From the NCBI RefSeq assembly GCF_014280195.1, contig NZ_CP047960.1:2070001-2102000 (forward strand): DNA of 32,000 nt, read 5' to 3'. Below the pieces are notes generated by a model. The model made no database searches and had not been told where the DNA came from. It saw only the letters and a program-made list of their open reading frames with translations. The position numbers and the translations under genes are program-made. Positions 1 to 9,603 of this stretch are shown in pieces. The DNA comes from Synechococcus sp. A15-24. Lineage in GTDB: Bacteria > Cyanobacteriota > Cyanobacteriia > PCC-6307 > Cyanobiaceae. Numbering within the stretch: the stretch's first letter is position 1; every line of letters begins with the position of its first letter.

Positions 1-225
1 AAGATCTACAGCGGTGAAGAAGCTGCTGCTGTGGTGAAGCAGCTCAACCCCAGACGGGTCATCCCAGTGCAGTACATCAACGGCGATGCCCCTGCCAACT
101 GCGATCAGGGCGGAGTTCAACCGTTCCTCAACGCCATGGGCAGCACCACCGTGGTGAATCCAGGCCGCAACATCAACCTCCCCGCCAACCTGCCCGACAC
201 CACCGTGATCACGGTGTTGCGATAA
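1..225 (+). CDS. C-terminal fragment of an MBL-fold (beta-lactamase-like) hydrolase-type protein; 5' end lies outside the window
   Basis: Frame 1 is open from base 1 to TAA at 223-225. '..EEAAAVVKQLNPRRVIPVQY..' resembles the C-terminal part of MBL-fold hydrolases. The family call is weak. The 3' end overlaps the convergent asparaginase gene by 17 nt. Confidence 0.35.
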   Translation, partial: KIYSGEEAAAVVKQLNPRRVIPVQYINGDAPANCDQGGVQPFLNAMGSTTVVNPGRNINLPANLPDTTVITVLR

Positions 226-1210
226 GGGGTGTTGCGCTGATCATTGCGGCCAATTCACCCCGACTCAGTCCGGCGATCAAGGCCAGCAACAGCAGCACTC
301 GGGCCTTCTGCGGGCTCAAGTTGCCAGCGGGCAACAGCCCGAGCCGTTCATCCTCGTAATGATGGTGCACGGGGCCAGAACCACAGCGGTTGGCCCGCAG
401 CATCAAAGGCCGTTTGCCTGGCCAAGCCTGCAGAACAGAACGCTCTGCCGCCGACAACTGTCCGGCTCCGGTGCCCGTGAACACCACCCCCATAGCACTG
501 GCGTTGAGACAGGCCTGGAGCATCAACGACTCGGGCTCCACACAGCCGTAGACGATCGGCACCTTGGGCCATTGCTCCGGTAACGCAAGCTCTGCGAAGG
601 GCACCCGGCGTGATCCGCTCGCCATCGGCAGATGAACGCCAACGTCATCCACCCAGCCCAAAGACCCGCTGCCGGGACTGGCAAAGGCCCTCACTCCCTG
701 GGTCGCCATCTTGGTGACCCGCTGCGCGGCATGGATCTGGCCATCCATCACCACCAGTGCGCCGTGGCCACGGGCTTCACGGCTCAAAGCCACCTGCACC
801 GCCTGGAACAGATTGAGCGGACCATCGGCACTGAGGGCCGTGGCCGGCCGCATCGCTCCCACCAGCACCACCGGCCGGAGATCGTCGATCAACAGCTCCA
901 GCAACCAGGCGGTTTCCTCCAGGGTGTTGGTGCCATGGGTGATCACCACACCCGCCAGTTCGGGGTCCGCCGCGAAGGCAGCACGAATGCGCGCCACTAG
1001 CGCTCGCCAATGCTCAAACAACAGATCGGCACTGTCGACATTGGCCACCTGCTCGACGCTGATGGTCGCCAGGTCCTGCAACTGGGGGACCGCCGCCAGC
1101 AACGCGTCTCCCGCCATGGCACCGGCGGTGTAGTCGTTCAAACGGGTTGGGTCGCTTGCCTGGCCGGCGATGGTGCCGCCCGTGGCCAGCAACAGCAGCC
1201 GGCGGCTCAT
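209..1210 (-). CDS. L-asparaginase (type II-like)
   Basis: The ORF contains 'LLLLATGGTIAG' (TGGTIAG catalytic motif) and 'HGTNTLEETAW' (HGTDT-like motif). I chose the ATG at 1208-1210 (MSRRLLLL..) rather than the ORF-track start at 1282, because it forms an ATGA overlap with the upstream gene's stop (1207-1209). Confidence 0.8.
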   Translation of the reverse strand: MSRRLLLLATGGTIAGQASDPTRLNDYTAGAMAGDALLAAVPQLQDLATISVEQVANVDSADLLFEHWRALVARIRAAFAADPELAGVVITHGTNTLEETAWLLELLIDDLRPVVLVGAMRPATALSADGPLNLFQAVQVALSREARGHGALVVMDGQIHAAQRVTKMATQGVRAFASPGSGSLGWVDDVGVHLPMASGSRRVPFAELALPEQWPKVPIVYGCVEPESLMLQACLNASAMGVVFTGTGAGQLSAAERSVLQAWPGKRPLMLRANRCGSGPVHHHYEDERLGLLPAGNLSPQKARVLLLLALIAGLSRGELAAMISATPLIATP

Positions 1211-2325
1211 GGATCGATGCTCAGATAGGCCTCCATAAAGCGCTGCATCTGGCTGGTGGTGCCGATGCTGACGCGGAAACACCCATCAATCAGCGGTTTG
1301 CCCGCCATGGAACGGATCAGGATGCCCTCACTGCGCAAGGCCGCATCGATCTCTTCCACGGAGCGCCGGGGCCAGATCAACAGATAATTACCGCCATCGC
1401 AGTGGTGGCGCACGCCCGCGTCCCGCAGCGCCTGCAGGATCCAATCGCGAGCACGCAGCACCTCGGCCACATAGGCGTCCACATACGACTGATCGGCCAA
1501 GGCAGCAAACGCTGCAGCCACGGCCACGCTGTTGACGTCGTAAGGCCCCGTGACGCGGCTCACCCGATCGACCACATCGGCATGACCAATGGCAAAGCCA
1601 ATCCGCAACCCCGCCAATCCAGCTGTTTTGGCCAAGGAGCGGAACACCAGCAGATTCGGTGTGGCCGTGAAATCCGCGCTCGGCAGCACGCTGTCCCCGG
1701 TGAAGGCCTCGTAGAGCTCATCCACCACCACCAAGGTGCCCGGGGCTGAGGCCGCCAAAGCAATCACCTGATCCGCTGGCAAGCGCGTGCCGGTGGGGTT
1801 GTTGGGGTTGCAGATCAACAGCAACCGCGGCGTGCGAGCCGCCAACGCCTCCTGAATGGCCGCCAGGGGGAAGTCAAACGTCTCCCCCTCGTAGGAGATC
1901 GCCTTGATCGTCATGCCCTGCATCCCAGCGCAGGGGCTGTAGTACCCGAAGGTGGGCGCTGTGGTCAGCAAAGTTTCACCGGCATCGCCATAGGCCTGCA
2001 ATACCGCATGGATGGCGGCATCCACACCGTTGAACAGGCCCACCTGAGCAGGCTTCAACCCCAGACGGCAGCCGGTCTCCACCAGGTTCTGGAGCAGCGC
2101 CTCCCGCAGGCCGTCGTACTCCGGATAAACGGCAATTTCTTCGGTGCTGAAGTTGCGCAGCGCCTGGGCCACCAGGGGGCTGGGGCCAATCGTGTTCTCG
2201 TTGAAATCAAGCCGCAGCATCTGGCGGCGACCCTCCAGAGGCGCGCTGTAGGCCTTGAGCTGCTCCACTGCGGCGCGGGCCGCAGGAGCACCACCGGGGG
2301 TGAACGGTTGGATGGTGTCGCTCAC
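1207..2325 (-). CDS. hisC: Histidinol-phosphate aminotransferase family (class II PLP aminotransferase)
   Basis: Motifs '[12 protein letters not shown]', 'NPNNPTG' and '[17 protein letters not shown]' (PLP lysine region). GTG start at 2323-2325 overlaps the argS stop (GTGA). Exact substrate is not provable from sequence. Confidence 0.65.
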   Translation of the reverse strand: MSDTIQPFTPGGAPAARAAVEQLKAYSAPLEGRRQMLRLDFNENTIGPSPLVAQALRNFSTEEIAVYPEYDGLREALLQNLVETGCRLGLKPAQVGLFNGVDAAIHAVLQAYGDAGETLLTTAPTFGYYSPCAGMQGMTIKAISYEGETFDFPLAAIQEALAARTPRLLLICNPNNPTGTRLPADQVIALAASAPGTLVVVDELYEAFTGDSVLPSADFTATPNLLVFRSLAKTAGLAGLRIGFAIGHADVVDRVSRVTGPYDVNSVAVAAAFAALADQSYVDAYVAEVLRARDWILQALRDAGVRHHCDGGNYLLIWPRRSVEEIDAALRSEGILIRSMAGKPLIDGCFRVSIGTTSQMQRFMEAYLSIDP

Positions 2326-4097
2326 ATGCGGTCCAGGGTTGCGATGCCCAGCAGTCTGAGACCCAGTCTGAGGGTGTCTGCCGTTAAGCGGCAGAGGGCG
2401 AGGCGGGATGCCAGCGCTTCAGGATCCGCCTTGAGCACCGGCACCTGGTCGTAGAAGCGGTTGAACATCTGGCTGAGCTCGAACAGATAGCTGCAAAGGC
2501 GGTTGGGCAGTAGCTCCTCCTCCACCTCGGCGATCACGGTGTCGAACTTGAGCAGCTCCCGCACCAGGGCCCATTCCTGGGGTTCGCTGAACTGCAGCTG
2601 GCCCGTCGACACCTCCAGGTCACCCCCTTTGCGGGCGATGCCGGCGATGCGCACCACCGCATAGAGCAAGTAAGGGGCCGTGTTGCCCTGCAACGCCAAC
2701 ATCCGGTCGAAGGAGAATTGGTAGTTGGTGATCCGGTTCTGGCTGAGGTCGGCATATTTCACCGCCGCCAAACCCACAGTGCCCGCCACTTGCTGGATGA
2801 ACTCCTCCGACTCGCTGCGCTCCTCCACCTTCAGACGCGAGCGCAGGTCAGCTTCGGCCCGCTCCACCGCTTCATCGAGCAGATCCCGCAACCGCACCGT
2901 GTCGCCGGAGCGGGTCTTGAGCTTCTTGCCGTCTTCCCCCTGCACCAGGCCAAAGGGCACGTGCTCGAGGCGCGCACCTCCGGGAATCCAGCCAGCCCGT
3001 TCGGCCACCTGGAACACCCCGGCGAAGTGATTGGCCTGGCCTGCATCGGTCACATAAATCACCCGGCGTGCGTCATCCCCGTCCGGAGCCGCACCAAAGC
3101 GGTAGCGGATCGCCGCCAGGTCGGTGGTGGCGTAGTTAAAGCCCCCGTCGCTCTTCTGCACTATCACCGGCAGGGGCTTGCCGTCCTTGCCCTGCACACC
3201 TTCGAGGAACACACACTGGGCACCGTCATCGGTGACCAGCAACTCGGCGGCCTTCAGCCCATCAATCACCGCGGACAGGAAGGGGTTGTAGAACGACTCA
3301 CCTCGCTCATTGAGGCGAATATCGAGCCGGTCGTAGATCTTCTGGAACTCACGCCGCGACTGATCGCAGAGCAGTCCCCAGGCCTTGAGCGACACTGGAT
3401 CCCCCCCCTGAAGTTTCACCACCTCATCGCGGGAGGTGGTCTGGAAGGCGTCGTCGTCGTCGTCGAAGCGTTTCTTGGCTTCGCGGTAGAAGGCCACTAA
3501 ATCGCCCAGATCCACTGCATCGGCGGTGTCCAGGGCGTCCGGCGCCACCTGCTTGAGATGGGTTATCAGCATGCCGAACTGGGTGCCCCAGTCGCCCACG
3601 TGATTGAGACGCAGCACGGGGTGGCCGCGGAACTCCAGCACCCGGGCCAGGGAGTCGCCAATGATCGTGGAACGCAGATGCCCCACATGCATCTCCTTGG
3701 CGATGTTGGGGCTGGAGAAATCCACCACCACCGGAGCAGCCTGCTCCACTGCAGGCACACCGAGTCGCTCATCTCCCAGCCGGGACGAGACCTCGGCCGC
3801 CAACCGCTCCGGGAGAATCGTGAGGTTGATGAAGCCAGGCCCGGCGATTTGCGGCTCCAGGCAGAGGTCTGTGAAGGCGGAATCGGCCTGCAGCTGCTCC
3901 ACGATCGCCGTGGCGATCTGGCGGGGGGCCTGCTTCAAGGGCTTGGCCAGGGGCAGCGCACCATTCGCCTGGAAGTCGCCGAATTCCGGCTTGCTGGCCG
4001 GCGCCAGCTGGGGGTCCAGCACCGCATCGGCCTCCGGGAAGGCCCGTTGCATCGCCGCCCGCAGCTGGGCATCCAGGGTGTTGGACAGGCTGAGCAT
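2322..4097 (-). CDS. argS: Arginine--tRNA ligase
   Basis: 598-aa ORF with class I signatures ('[21 protein letters not shown]' HIGH-type; '[17 protein letters not shown]', KMSKS-region-like) and an ArgRS-type C-terminal anticodon-binding end '..ATLDRM'. The ATG at 4095-4097 (MLSLSNTLD..) is preferred. An upstream GTG at 4118 is possible. Confidence 0.9.
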   Translation of the reverse strand: MLSLSNTLDAQLRAAMQRAFPEADAVLDPQLAPASKPEFGDFQANGALPLAKPLKQAPRQIATAIVEQLQADSAFTDLCLEPQIAGPGFINLTILPERLAAEVSSRLGDERLGVPAVEQAAPVVVDFSSPNIAKEMHVGHLRSTIIGDSLARVLEFRGHPVLRLNHVGDWGTQFGMLITHLKQVAPDALDTADAVDLGDLVAFYREAKKRFDDDDDAFQTTSRDEVVKLQGGDPVSLKAWGLLCDQSRREFQKIYDRLDIRLNERGESFYNPFLSAVIDGLKAAELLVTDDGAQCVFLEGVQGKDGKPLPVIVQKSDGGFNYATTDLAAIRYRFGAAPDGDDARRVIYVTDAGQANHFAGVFQVAERAGWIPGGARLEHVPFGLVQGEDGKKLKTRSGDTVRLRDLLDEAVERAEADLRSRLKVEERSESEEFIQQVAGTVGLAAVKYADLSQNRITNYQFSFDRMLALQGNTAPYLLYAVVRIAGIARKGGDLEVSTGQLQFSEPQEWALVRELLKFDTVIAEVEEELLPNRLCSYLFELSQMFNRFYDQVPVLKADPEALASRLALCRLTADTLRLGLRLLGIATLDRM

Positions 4098-4131
4098 CAG
4101 GGCCGAAACATCCGGCACCGATCATCTCTCC

Positions 4132-4971
4132 TCAGGTGAAGCGCATGCTCAGATCCAGCCAGCGGCTGCGGGTCACCGGCGCGCTGGTGGAGATCAGATC
4201 AATGCCGGTGGCGGCGTAGGCCTGCAACTGCTCGGGCTGAATGCCGGAGGCCTCCAGCACCACCACACCGGTGCTGCAGTCCCGCAAGCGCGGCACCAGC
4301 TGCGTGAGCTGCTCAGGGCTGAATTCATCCAACAGCACCCCATTGGCGCCCGCCTGCACCGCCTCCAGCGCCTGAGCCTCCGTCTCCGCTTCCACAATCA
4401 CGGCCGTAGGCCAGGGGGCCTGCTCACGCACAGCCGCGATGGCCATCGTGATGCCCCCCGCCCAGGCGATGTGGTTCTCCTTCAGCATTGCCGCATCATC
4501 GAGACCCATGCGGTGGTTGATGCCGCCACCGCAGCGCACCGCATATTTCTCCAGCAAGCGAAGCCCCGGTGTGGTCTTGCGGGTGTCGGCCAGACGCACA
4601 CCCGTGCCCTCAAGCTGGGCCACCAATTCAGCTGTGGCGGTGGCGATGCCTGACAGCCGCATGGCCAGGTTCAAGGCGGTGCGCTCGCCAGCCACCAGGG
4701 CCGTGGCCGGGCCTTCCAGGTCGAGCAGGCGATCACCCACCTCCACCGCGGCACCGTCATCCCGAAGCAAGTGAACGCTCACTTCAGGATCAAGCCGTTG
4801 GAACAGCTGTTGCACCAAGGGGCCTCCACAGAAACAGCCCGTCTGCTTCGCGATCCAATAGGCATAGCCGTGCTTGCCCTGCAGGGCTGAAGCGGTGAGA
4901 TCGCCGCGGCCAATGTCCTCCTCCAGCCATCGGTCGAGGGCGCGGGTCAGTGCCGAGGACTGCCAGTCCAT
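4132..4971 (-). CDS. nadC: Nicotinate-nucleotide pyrophosphorylase (carboxylating), quinolinate phosphoribosyltransferase
   Basis: 'WLEEDIGRGDLT', 'ERTALNLAMRLSGIAT', 'DTRKTTPGLR..EKYAVRCGGG.NHR', 'IMLDNF-like LLDEFSPEQL'. ATG at 4969-4971 (MDWQSS..) chosen. The ORF-track start at 5058 adds a 29-aa non-conserved-looking leader. Confidence 0.88.
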   Translation of the reverse strand: MDWQSSALTRALDRWLEEDIGRGDLTASALQGKHGYAYWIAKQTGCFCGGPLVQQLFQRLDPEVSVHLLRDDGAAVEVGDRLLDLEGPATALVAGERTALNLAMRLSGIATATAELVAQLEGTGVRLADTRKTTPGLRLLEKYAVRCGGGINHRMGLDDAAMLKENHIAWAGGITMAIAAVREQAPWPTAVIVEAETEAQALEAVQAGANGVLLDEFSPEQLTQLVPRLRDCSTGVVVLEASGIQPEQLQAYAATGIDLISTSAPVTRSRWLDLSMRFT

Positions 4972-4979
4972 TCCGCTAA

Positions 4980-6620
4980 TTGCGGTTGAGCGGACTGTAT
5001 GGGAAAGGCCAGGCTGATCACGATGCGGCGAACTGCTTGTCGACACAACACCGAACAAAGCTCAGGATCCAGACCGGTGATCTCGACGGTCTACTTGGAC
5101 TGGGCCTGAACAACCTGATTCAAGTCCTGCTGATCATCAGCCTGTGCCGCGGCGTGCTCGGCTTCCCCGACAGTCTGCTGTTCGGAATAATCCTGCCGGC
5201 GACAGGGATCAGCCTGCTGCTGGGAAACCTGATCTATGCCCAGCAGGCCCGGAGGCTGGGCCAAGCCGAGCAGAGGGGCGACTGCACAGCGCTCCCCTAC
5301 GGCGTCAACACGGTGAGCCTGTTCGCCTTTGTGTTTCTGGTGATGCTGCCGGCCAAGTTGTCTGCTCTCGATGCAGGACTGAGCGAGGCCGAGGCCGTGC
5401 AGCGCTCCTGGCAGGTGGGATTAATAGCTTGCCTAGGGTCCGGTGTCATCGAAACCCTGGGTGCCTTTGTTGCCCAGCACTTACGGCGCTGGTTACCTCG
5501 GGCTGCGCTGCTCTCCACCCTGGCGGGCATTGCGCTGGGCTACATCGCCCTGGGATTTTTGCTGCGCACCTACGCCAATCCCCTGATTTGCCTCACCAGC
5601 CTGAGCGTGATCCTGCTGGGCTATCTCGCCAGGGTGCGCTGGCCACTGCCGACGGGACTGCTGGCCTTGCTGCTGGGCATGGTTCTGGCCTGGGGGAGCG
5701 GACTGATCTCTCCCGATGCTGCGAGCTGGACGCAGGCTGCCCGTGCCATCGGCGTGCACCTCCCAAGTCTCCAGCTGTCTGCGCTCTGGCAAAGCCGCTT
5801 TGATCTGATCCCCTGGATGGGGGTGATCTTGCCGATGGGGCTGTTCAACCTGATCGGCTCACTGCAAAACCTGGAGAGTGCGGCAGCAGCCGGCGACACC
5901 TACCCAACACGCGGCAGCTTGATGGTGGATGGCTGCGGCACCCTCACAGCTGCGGCCCTGGGCTCCTGTTTTCCGACAACCCTCTACATCGGGCATCCGG
6001 GCTTCAAAGCCCTGGGGGCCCGCTCGGCCTACTCCTGGATGAACGGAGTGGTGATGGCCGTCGGCTGCCTGTTCGGCCTGTTCGGGGTGGTGACTGTGCT
6101 GATCCCAGTGGAAGCGGGGCTAGCGATCCTGCTGTACATCGGCCTGGCCATGGCCTCGCAAGCCTTCGCCTCAACATCTGAGCGCCATGGTCCGGCCGTG
6201 GTGCTCGGGATGCTTCCTGGTGTGGCGGGCTGGGGCGCACTGATGCTCAAAGCTGGCATCCGAGCCGGAGGAGCAGCGGGTGATCCCAAGCTGTTCGGGC
6301 CGCAGCTGCTGACGCAACTGGCCACGGCCGACATCTGGGCCGCTGGCGTGTTTGCACTGGAGCAGGGGCAGATCATCACGGCCATGTTGCTTTCGGCCTG
6401 GCTTGTGTATGCGATTGAAAGTCGCTTTCTGGCCGCCGCCTGTTGCTCCGCCATGGCCGCGCTACTGGCCTGGTTCGGCGTCATCCATGCCTGGCAGTTC
6501 AGTCCGGGGGACACGGTGATGCACTTGGGCTGGGGAACAGGCCGAGCTTGGGCGGAGGGTTACGCCGCCATCACGGTGATTGTCCTATTGGCGCGATGGC
6601 GCCAACAAACGGACCATTGA
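4980..6620 (+). CDS. Polytopic membrane permease, xanthine/uracil/vitamin C (NCS2/AzgA-like) family
   Basis: 546-aa ORF with many hydrophobic segments. 'GDLDGLLGLGLNNLIQ', 'ALPYGVNT' and glycine-rich helices are typical of AzgA-type nucleobase permeases. The start is uncertain. 4980 is a TTG only 8 nt from the divergent nadC start. An in-frame TTG at 5037 is an alternative. Confidence 0.6.
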   Translation: MRLSGLYGKGQADHDAANCLSTQHRTKLRIQTGDLDGLLGLGLNNLIQVLLIISLCRGVLGFPDSLLFGIILPATGISLLLGNLIYAQQARRLGQAEQRGDCTALPYGVNTVSLFAFVFLVMLPAKLSALDAGLSEAEAVQRSWQVGLIACLGSGVIETLGAFVAQHLRRWLPRAALLSTLAGIALGYIALGFLLRTYANPLICLTSLSVILLGYLARVRWPLPTGLLALLLGMVLAWGSGLISPDAASWTQAARAIGVHLPSLQLSALWQSRFDLIPWMGVILPMGLFNLIGSLQNLESAAAAGDTYPTRGSLMVDGCGTLTAAALGSCFPTTLYIGHPGFKALGARSAYSWMNGVVMAVGCLFGLFGVVTVLIPVEAGLAILLYIGLAMASQAFASTSERHGPAVVLGMLPGVAGWGALMLKAGIRAGGAAGDPKLFGPQLLTQLATADIWAAGVFALEQGQIITAMLLSAWLVYAIESRFLAAACCSAMAALLAWFGVIHAWQFSPGDTVMHLGWGTGRAWAEGYAAITVIVLLARWRQQTDH

Positions 6621-6640
6621 CCGCATCCTTGTGGCCGGTC

Positions 6641-6653
6641 ATTTGCCAATGCA
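6641..6653. repeat. Left copy of the 13-bp direct repeat ATTTGCCAATGCA (attL-like)
   Basis: Identical to 9606-9618. Read on the minus strand it gives ..C-I-G-K followed by TGA (6639-6641), a duplicate of the MnmE C-terminus. Confidence 0.75.
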
Positions 6654-7057
6654 TAAGTTGTCAAGAAACCTAGTTGTCGCAGCAAGTATTACCCGAGCAA
6701 ATAAGTCTGTTGTGCAGCCAATATAAAAGGCAGAATTTGCTTAATGTTTCTGGAACGGTTCGACCTGATCCTGCAGCACGCCGTCTTCATCGTGGCTTGA
6801 AAAATGTGGCGTTTCGTAGCCCCCTCCCTTTAAGAATTAAGGTAATTTGCGATGTAGACGCCAGAAACATCGAATAAGCCTTCTAGACAGGCTCAGCGAC
6901 TTCCAAGCTCAGTAGTTAATTAGTTAGAAAACCGTATGACTTGTGAAGTAGAACTGCTGTTAGCGCTCCAAAACCTTAATAATTGTTGCATATTGGGCCC
7001 TTTTGCGCTGTTTTTCAATAGAAGAGTCAGTATAAAAGTAAATTTTGTGGGTAATTC

Positions 7058-9184
7058 ATGGAAGAAGAAAATTCTGCAGAACTAGATTTATTAGAAAATA
7101 TTTCTGAAAATCTTGAGTCAGTGCAGGAATCAGAACCTGTTTGGGAGGAACCTATTTGGGAGGAACCTGTTTTTGATGATGTCACGATCTCGTCGGTCGC
7201 ATGGGCTGGAAGTAAGCATTGGGATCGTGCTATCTACACGTTGTCTAATGGCAACACTGCTTTTGCTTCGAAAGGATTGGATGCCGGAGACTCCCCTTTT
7301 GATTACGAAGAAATCAGAACATCAGGGGGTGGTTATTTCAGTGATCCTGGAGGAATTGTCGGTCATACCCACACACGTAATGGCGGAGCTCTAATCATTA
7401 AGCAGGGTGAGTCCTTCCTGCAACAGCAATATGCCTGGGGTAATCAAGGGCCAGTGATGTCCCCCAACACTTCTGACGTCACAAAACAGATTGGCTCCAT
7501 TGAGGAGCGAGAACAGGAGGATATGAATGGTGATGGATTTATAGGTGCGCCTGAGGAAGATGAACCAGAGGTTGAGGTTTCCTCAATTGTTTACGAAAAT
7601 ACAGACGCTAATTTTGACAGATCTATCTATAAAATGACAGATGGTTCTGTTCGCTTAGCTGAACAGGGTCTCTCTATCGGAGATTTGCCTTATGAAGGGT
7701 ACGATCATCTAAAATCTAAAGATGGTTCTCCGATTGAAACGCTGGGAATTGTAGGAGCTATATGGATGAATAACGGGTTTGCTGTACTTTATAACAATGA
7801 TAGTGTCATAACTCAGCAGGCTTTTAAATGGGGAAATAGCGGTCTAAGACCGTCTGGCAGTTTACGCAATGTCACAAGGCAGATTGATACAATTGAAGAA
7901 CGTGAAGGTATTGATATTAATGGAGATGGTCGAGTAGGTAATGAGCTTTCAGAAGATGCTGAGGTTCAGTCGGTTGTTTACGATAATCCCGATGCTGGTT
8001 TTGACCGATCGATCTATAAAATGACTGACGGCACTGTTCGCTTGGCCGAACAGGGCCTCTCTGCCGGAGATTTGCCTTTTGAAGGAGATGATCTGTCAGA
8101 GAAAGACGGATCACCGCTTGGGATAGACGGCCTTGTAGGTATTCTTGGATTACGCAATGGTTTTGGCATAATTTACAATAACAATGGTTTTATTATGCAG
8201 CAACAATTTAAATGGGGGGGGAAAGGCATAAAAGCTAGCGGTCAGTTGCGCGATGTTACCAAACAGCTTGCTTTAATTGAGGAGCGTGAAGGCATTGATG
8301 TCAACGGTGATGGCCTGATAGGTGAGCAATTTGAAGAAGATGCTGAAGTTCTATCCGTTCTTTTTAGCCCTGATCCTGAAGCTTACGATCGCTCTCTCTA
8401 TGAACTCACCTCCGGGGATGTAGTTCTCGCAGAGATTGGACTTCGGCCTGGAGAAATACCTTTCGAGTCTGATCCTCTCTCCTACGCAAATGGCACATCT
8501 ATTGAAGCAGATCGCGTGGTCGGCCTAATTGGGACTAGAAGCGGAGAAGCAGTCATCTTCAAGAACGGAGATAGCTATTCCATGCAACAATTTAAGTGGG
8601 CTGGTCGAGGTTTAAAACCCAAAGGGAAAGAGCGTGATATTACGAGGAGAATCTACGAAGTCGAAGAACGTGAATATTATGACTTCACCGGTGATTTAAT
8701 CATTGGAGATCCTTCTTCATCCTCCAGTGATGATCTTGAGGTAAGAAGAGTAATTTTTCTTGGAAATGATGAATTCAGTGAAGGTCTCTACCAGATGGAT
8801 AATGGAGATTTGGTCTTTGCAGAGTCCGATCTTAGTCCTGGGGATACACCCTTTGAAGATGAAATCATTACTGGCAAAAACGGAAAGCCATACCAAGGAG
8901 ACTATGTCGTTGGGATTTATCCAATAAAGAATGGGTTTGCATTGATTGAGAATGTTGAAGGTATATATAAAGAGCAAGGATTCCGATTCAAAGGTGGTGG
9001 AAGGCCAAAACCCTTTGGGAAAGCACGCGCTGTAAAGGATATTGGCAAAATTGAATCAAAATATGGTTTTGATTTAGATAATGACGGATTGGTCGATGAT
9101 GGCAGTAATATAGATGACTTAGGGCCCGCTTTTCGATTGATTCAGCAACTCGATTTAAATAATATTTCAGACACCCTCGTCTAA
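7058..9184 (+). CDS. Acidic, cysteine-free tandem-repeat protein. Five ~130-aa modules each end in a DxNGDG/DxDxDG Ca-binding-like loop. No recognised family.
   Basis: 708-aa ORF, ATG start, the only long ORF in the low-GC island. Recurring anchors: [FWY]DR[SA][IL]Y.[ML][TS].G at aa 55, 186, 315 and 443 (R5 degenerate, FSEGLYQMDNG at 572); FKWG at aa 256, 384 and 512 (variants at 125 and 642); IEERE..D.NGDG at aa 148, 279 and 407 (degenerate at 535 and 664). No N-terminal signal peptide (MEEENSAELDLLEN..). No Cys in 708 aa. Confidence 0.8.
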   Translation: MEEENSAELDLLENISENLESVQESEPVWEEPIWEEPVFDDVTISSVAWAGSKHWDRAIYTLSNGNTAFASKGLDAGDSPFDYEEIRTSGGGYFSDPGGIVGHTHTRNGGALIIKQGESFLQQQYAWGNQGPVMSPNTSDVTKQIGSIEEREQEDMNGDGFIGAPEEDEPEVEVSSIVYENTDANFDRSIYKMTDGSVRLAEQGLSIGDLPYEGYDHLKSKDGSPIETLGIVGAIWMNNGFAVLYNNDSVITQQAFKWGNSGLRPSGSLRNVTRQIDTIEEREGIDINGDGRVGNELSEDAEVQSVVYDNPDAGFDRSIYKMTDGTVRLAEQGLSAGDLPFEGDDLSEKDGSPLGIDGLVGILGLRNGFGIIYNNNGFIMQQQFKWGGKGIKASGQLRDVTKQLALIEEREGIDVNGDGLIGEQFEEDAEVLSVLFSPDPEAYDRSLYELTSGDVVLAEIGLRPGEIPFESDPLSYANGTSIEADRVVGLIGTRSGEAVIFKNGDSYSMQQFKWAGRGLKPKGKERDITRRIYEVEEREYYDFTGDLIIGDPSSSSSDDLEVRRVIFLGNDEFSEGLYQMDNGDLVFAESDLSPGDTPFEDEIITGKNGKPYQGDYVVGIYPIKNGFALIENVEGIYKEQGFRFKGGGRPKPFGKARAVKDIGKIESKYGFDLDNDGLVDDGSNIDDLGPAFRLIQQLDLNNISDTLV
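7178..9112 (+). repeat. Five tandem coding repeats of ~385-393 bp (approx. 7178-7567, 7568-7960, 7961-8344, 8345-8737, 8738-9112)
   Basis: Protein-level periodicity is 128-131 aa. Repeats 2 and 3 are also visibly similar at DNA level (e.g. ATCTATAAAATGAC and CGGAGATTTGCCTT are shared). Repeats 1, 4 and 5 are more diverged. Confidence 0.8.
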
Positions 9185-9603
9185 TGTTTAATACCTTCAT
9201 ACTTTACTTAGTCGGCCAAGGAGAAACATGTGAATAACGCTCAACTAATACTTGCCATACCCTTTTGATTAACCTCTCTTAACTTCTGAGCTGAGCAATT
9301 CGGGAAGTAGCTGGAATTGCTGGCACAAAATCATTAACTTGTACTGAAAGAAAGTTTATTCCTTCCTTAAATGCCACATTCAATAAAATGGCCCGAAATA
9401 GTCATCAAATAAATAGCTGACTTAAATCTTCATCGTTTTAGTGCTATAGATTTTCAATTGATGAGCAACCTGCTTTATACTGTCTTAGCAACAGCAAAAA
9501 TGTTGCCAATGTCGAGCCATGTTGAGTGGAGCAATGCACAATTGCTCAACAAGTTTTGCTATATTTTGCCAGATGTTTGCAATGCTTTTCAAGGTTTGCT
9601 GAA

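Noticed and set aside
6744-6800. GC-richer 57-bp stretch in the left arm with an 18-codon ORF (MFLERFDLILQHAVFIVA) and a GGTTCGA word resembling a tRNA T-loop
   Set aside because: No flanking stems complete a T-arm or a cloverleaf. The ORF is too short and has no RBS or homology that I can recognise. It may be a relic fragment, but this is not supportable.
7003-7036. Possible promoter for the island gene (TATAAA at 7031-7036 with TTGCGC/TTCAAT upstream)
   Set aside because: The -10-like hexamer is plausible, but no -35 element sits at a proper 16-18 bp spacing. In 40% GC DNA such hexamers are frequent.
6936-7085. 49-codon ORF overlapping the start of the island gene. Also ORFs 6674..6877 (+), 8717..8977 (-) and 8988..9200 (-).
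   Set aside because: All are short ORFs in AT-rich DNA, either overlapping or antisense to the strongly periodic 708-aa gene. Their sequences are low-complexity or Cys/Asn-rich and carry no motifs.
7178-9112. Regular ~390-bp periodicity, considered as a possible CRISPR or satellite array
   Set aside because: The units are diverged coding repeats inside one continuous ORF. There are no short conserved direct repeats separated by unique spacers.
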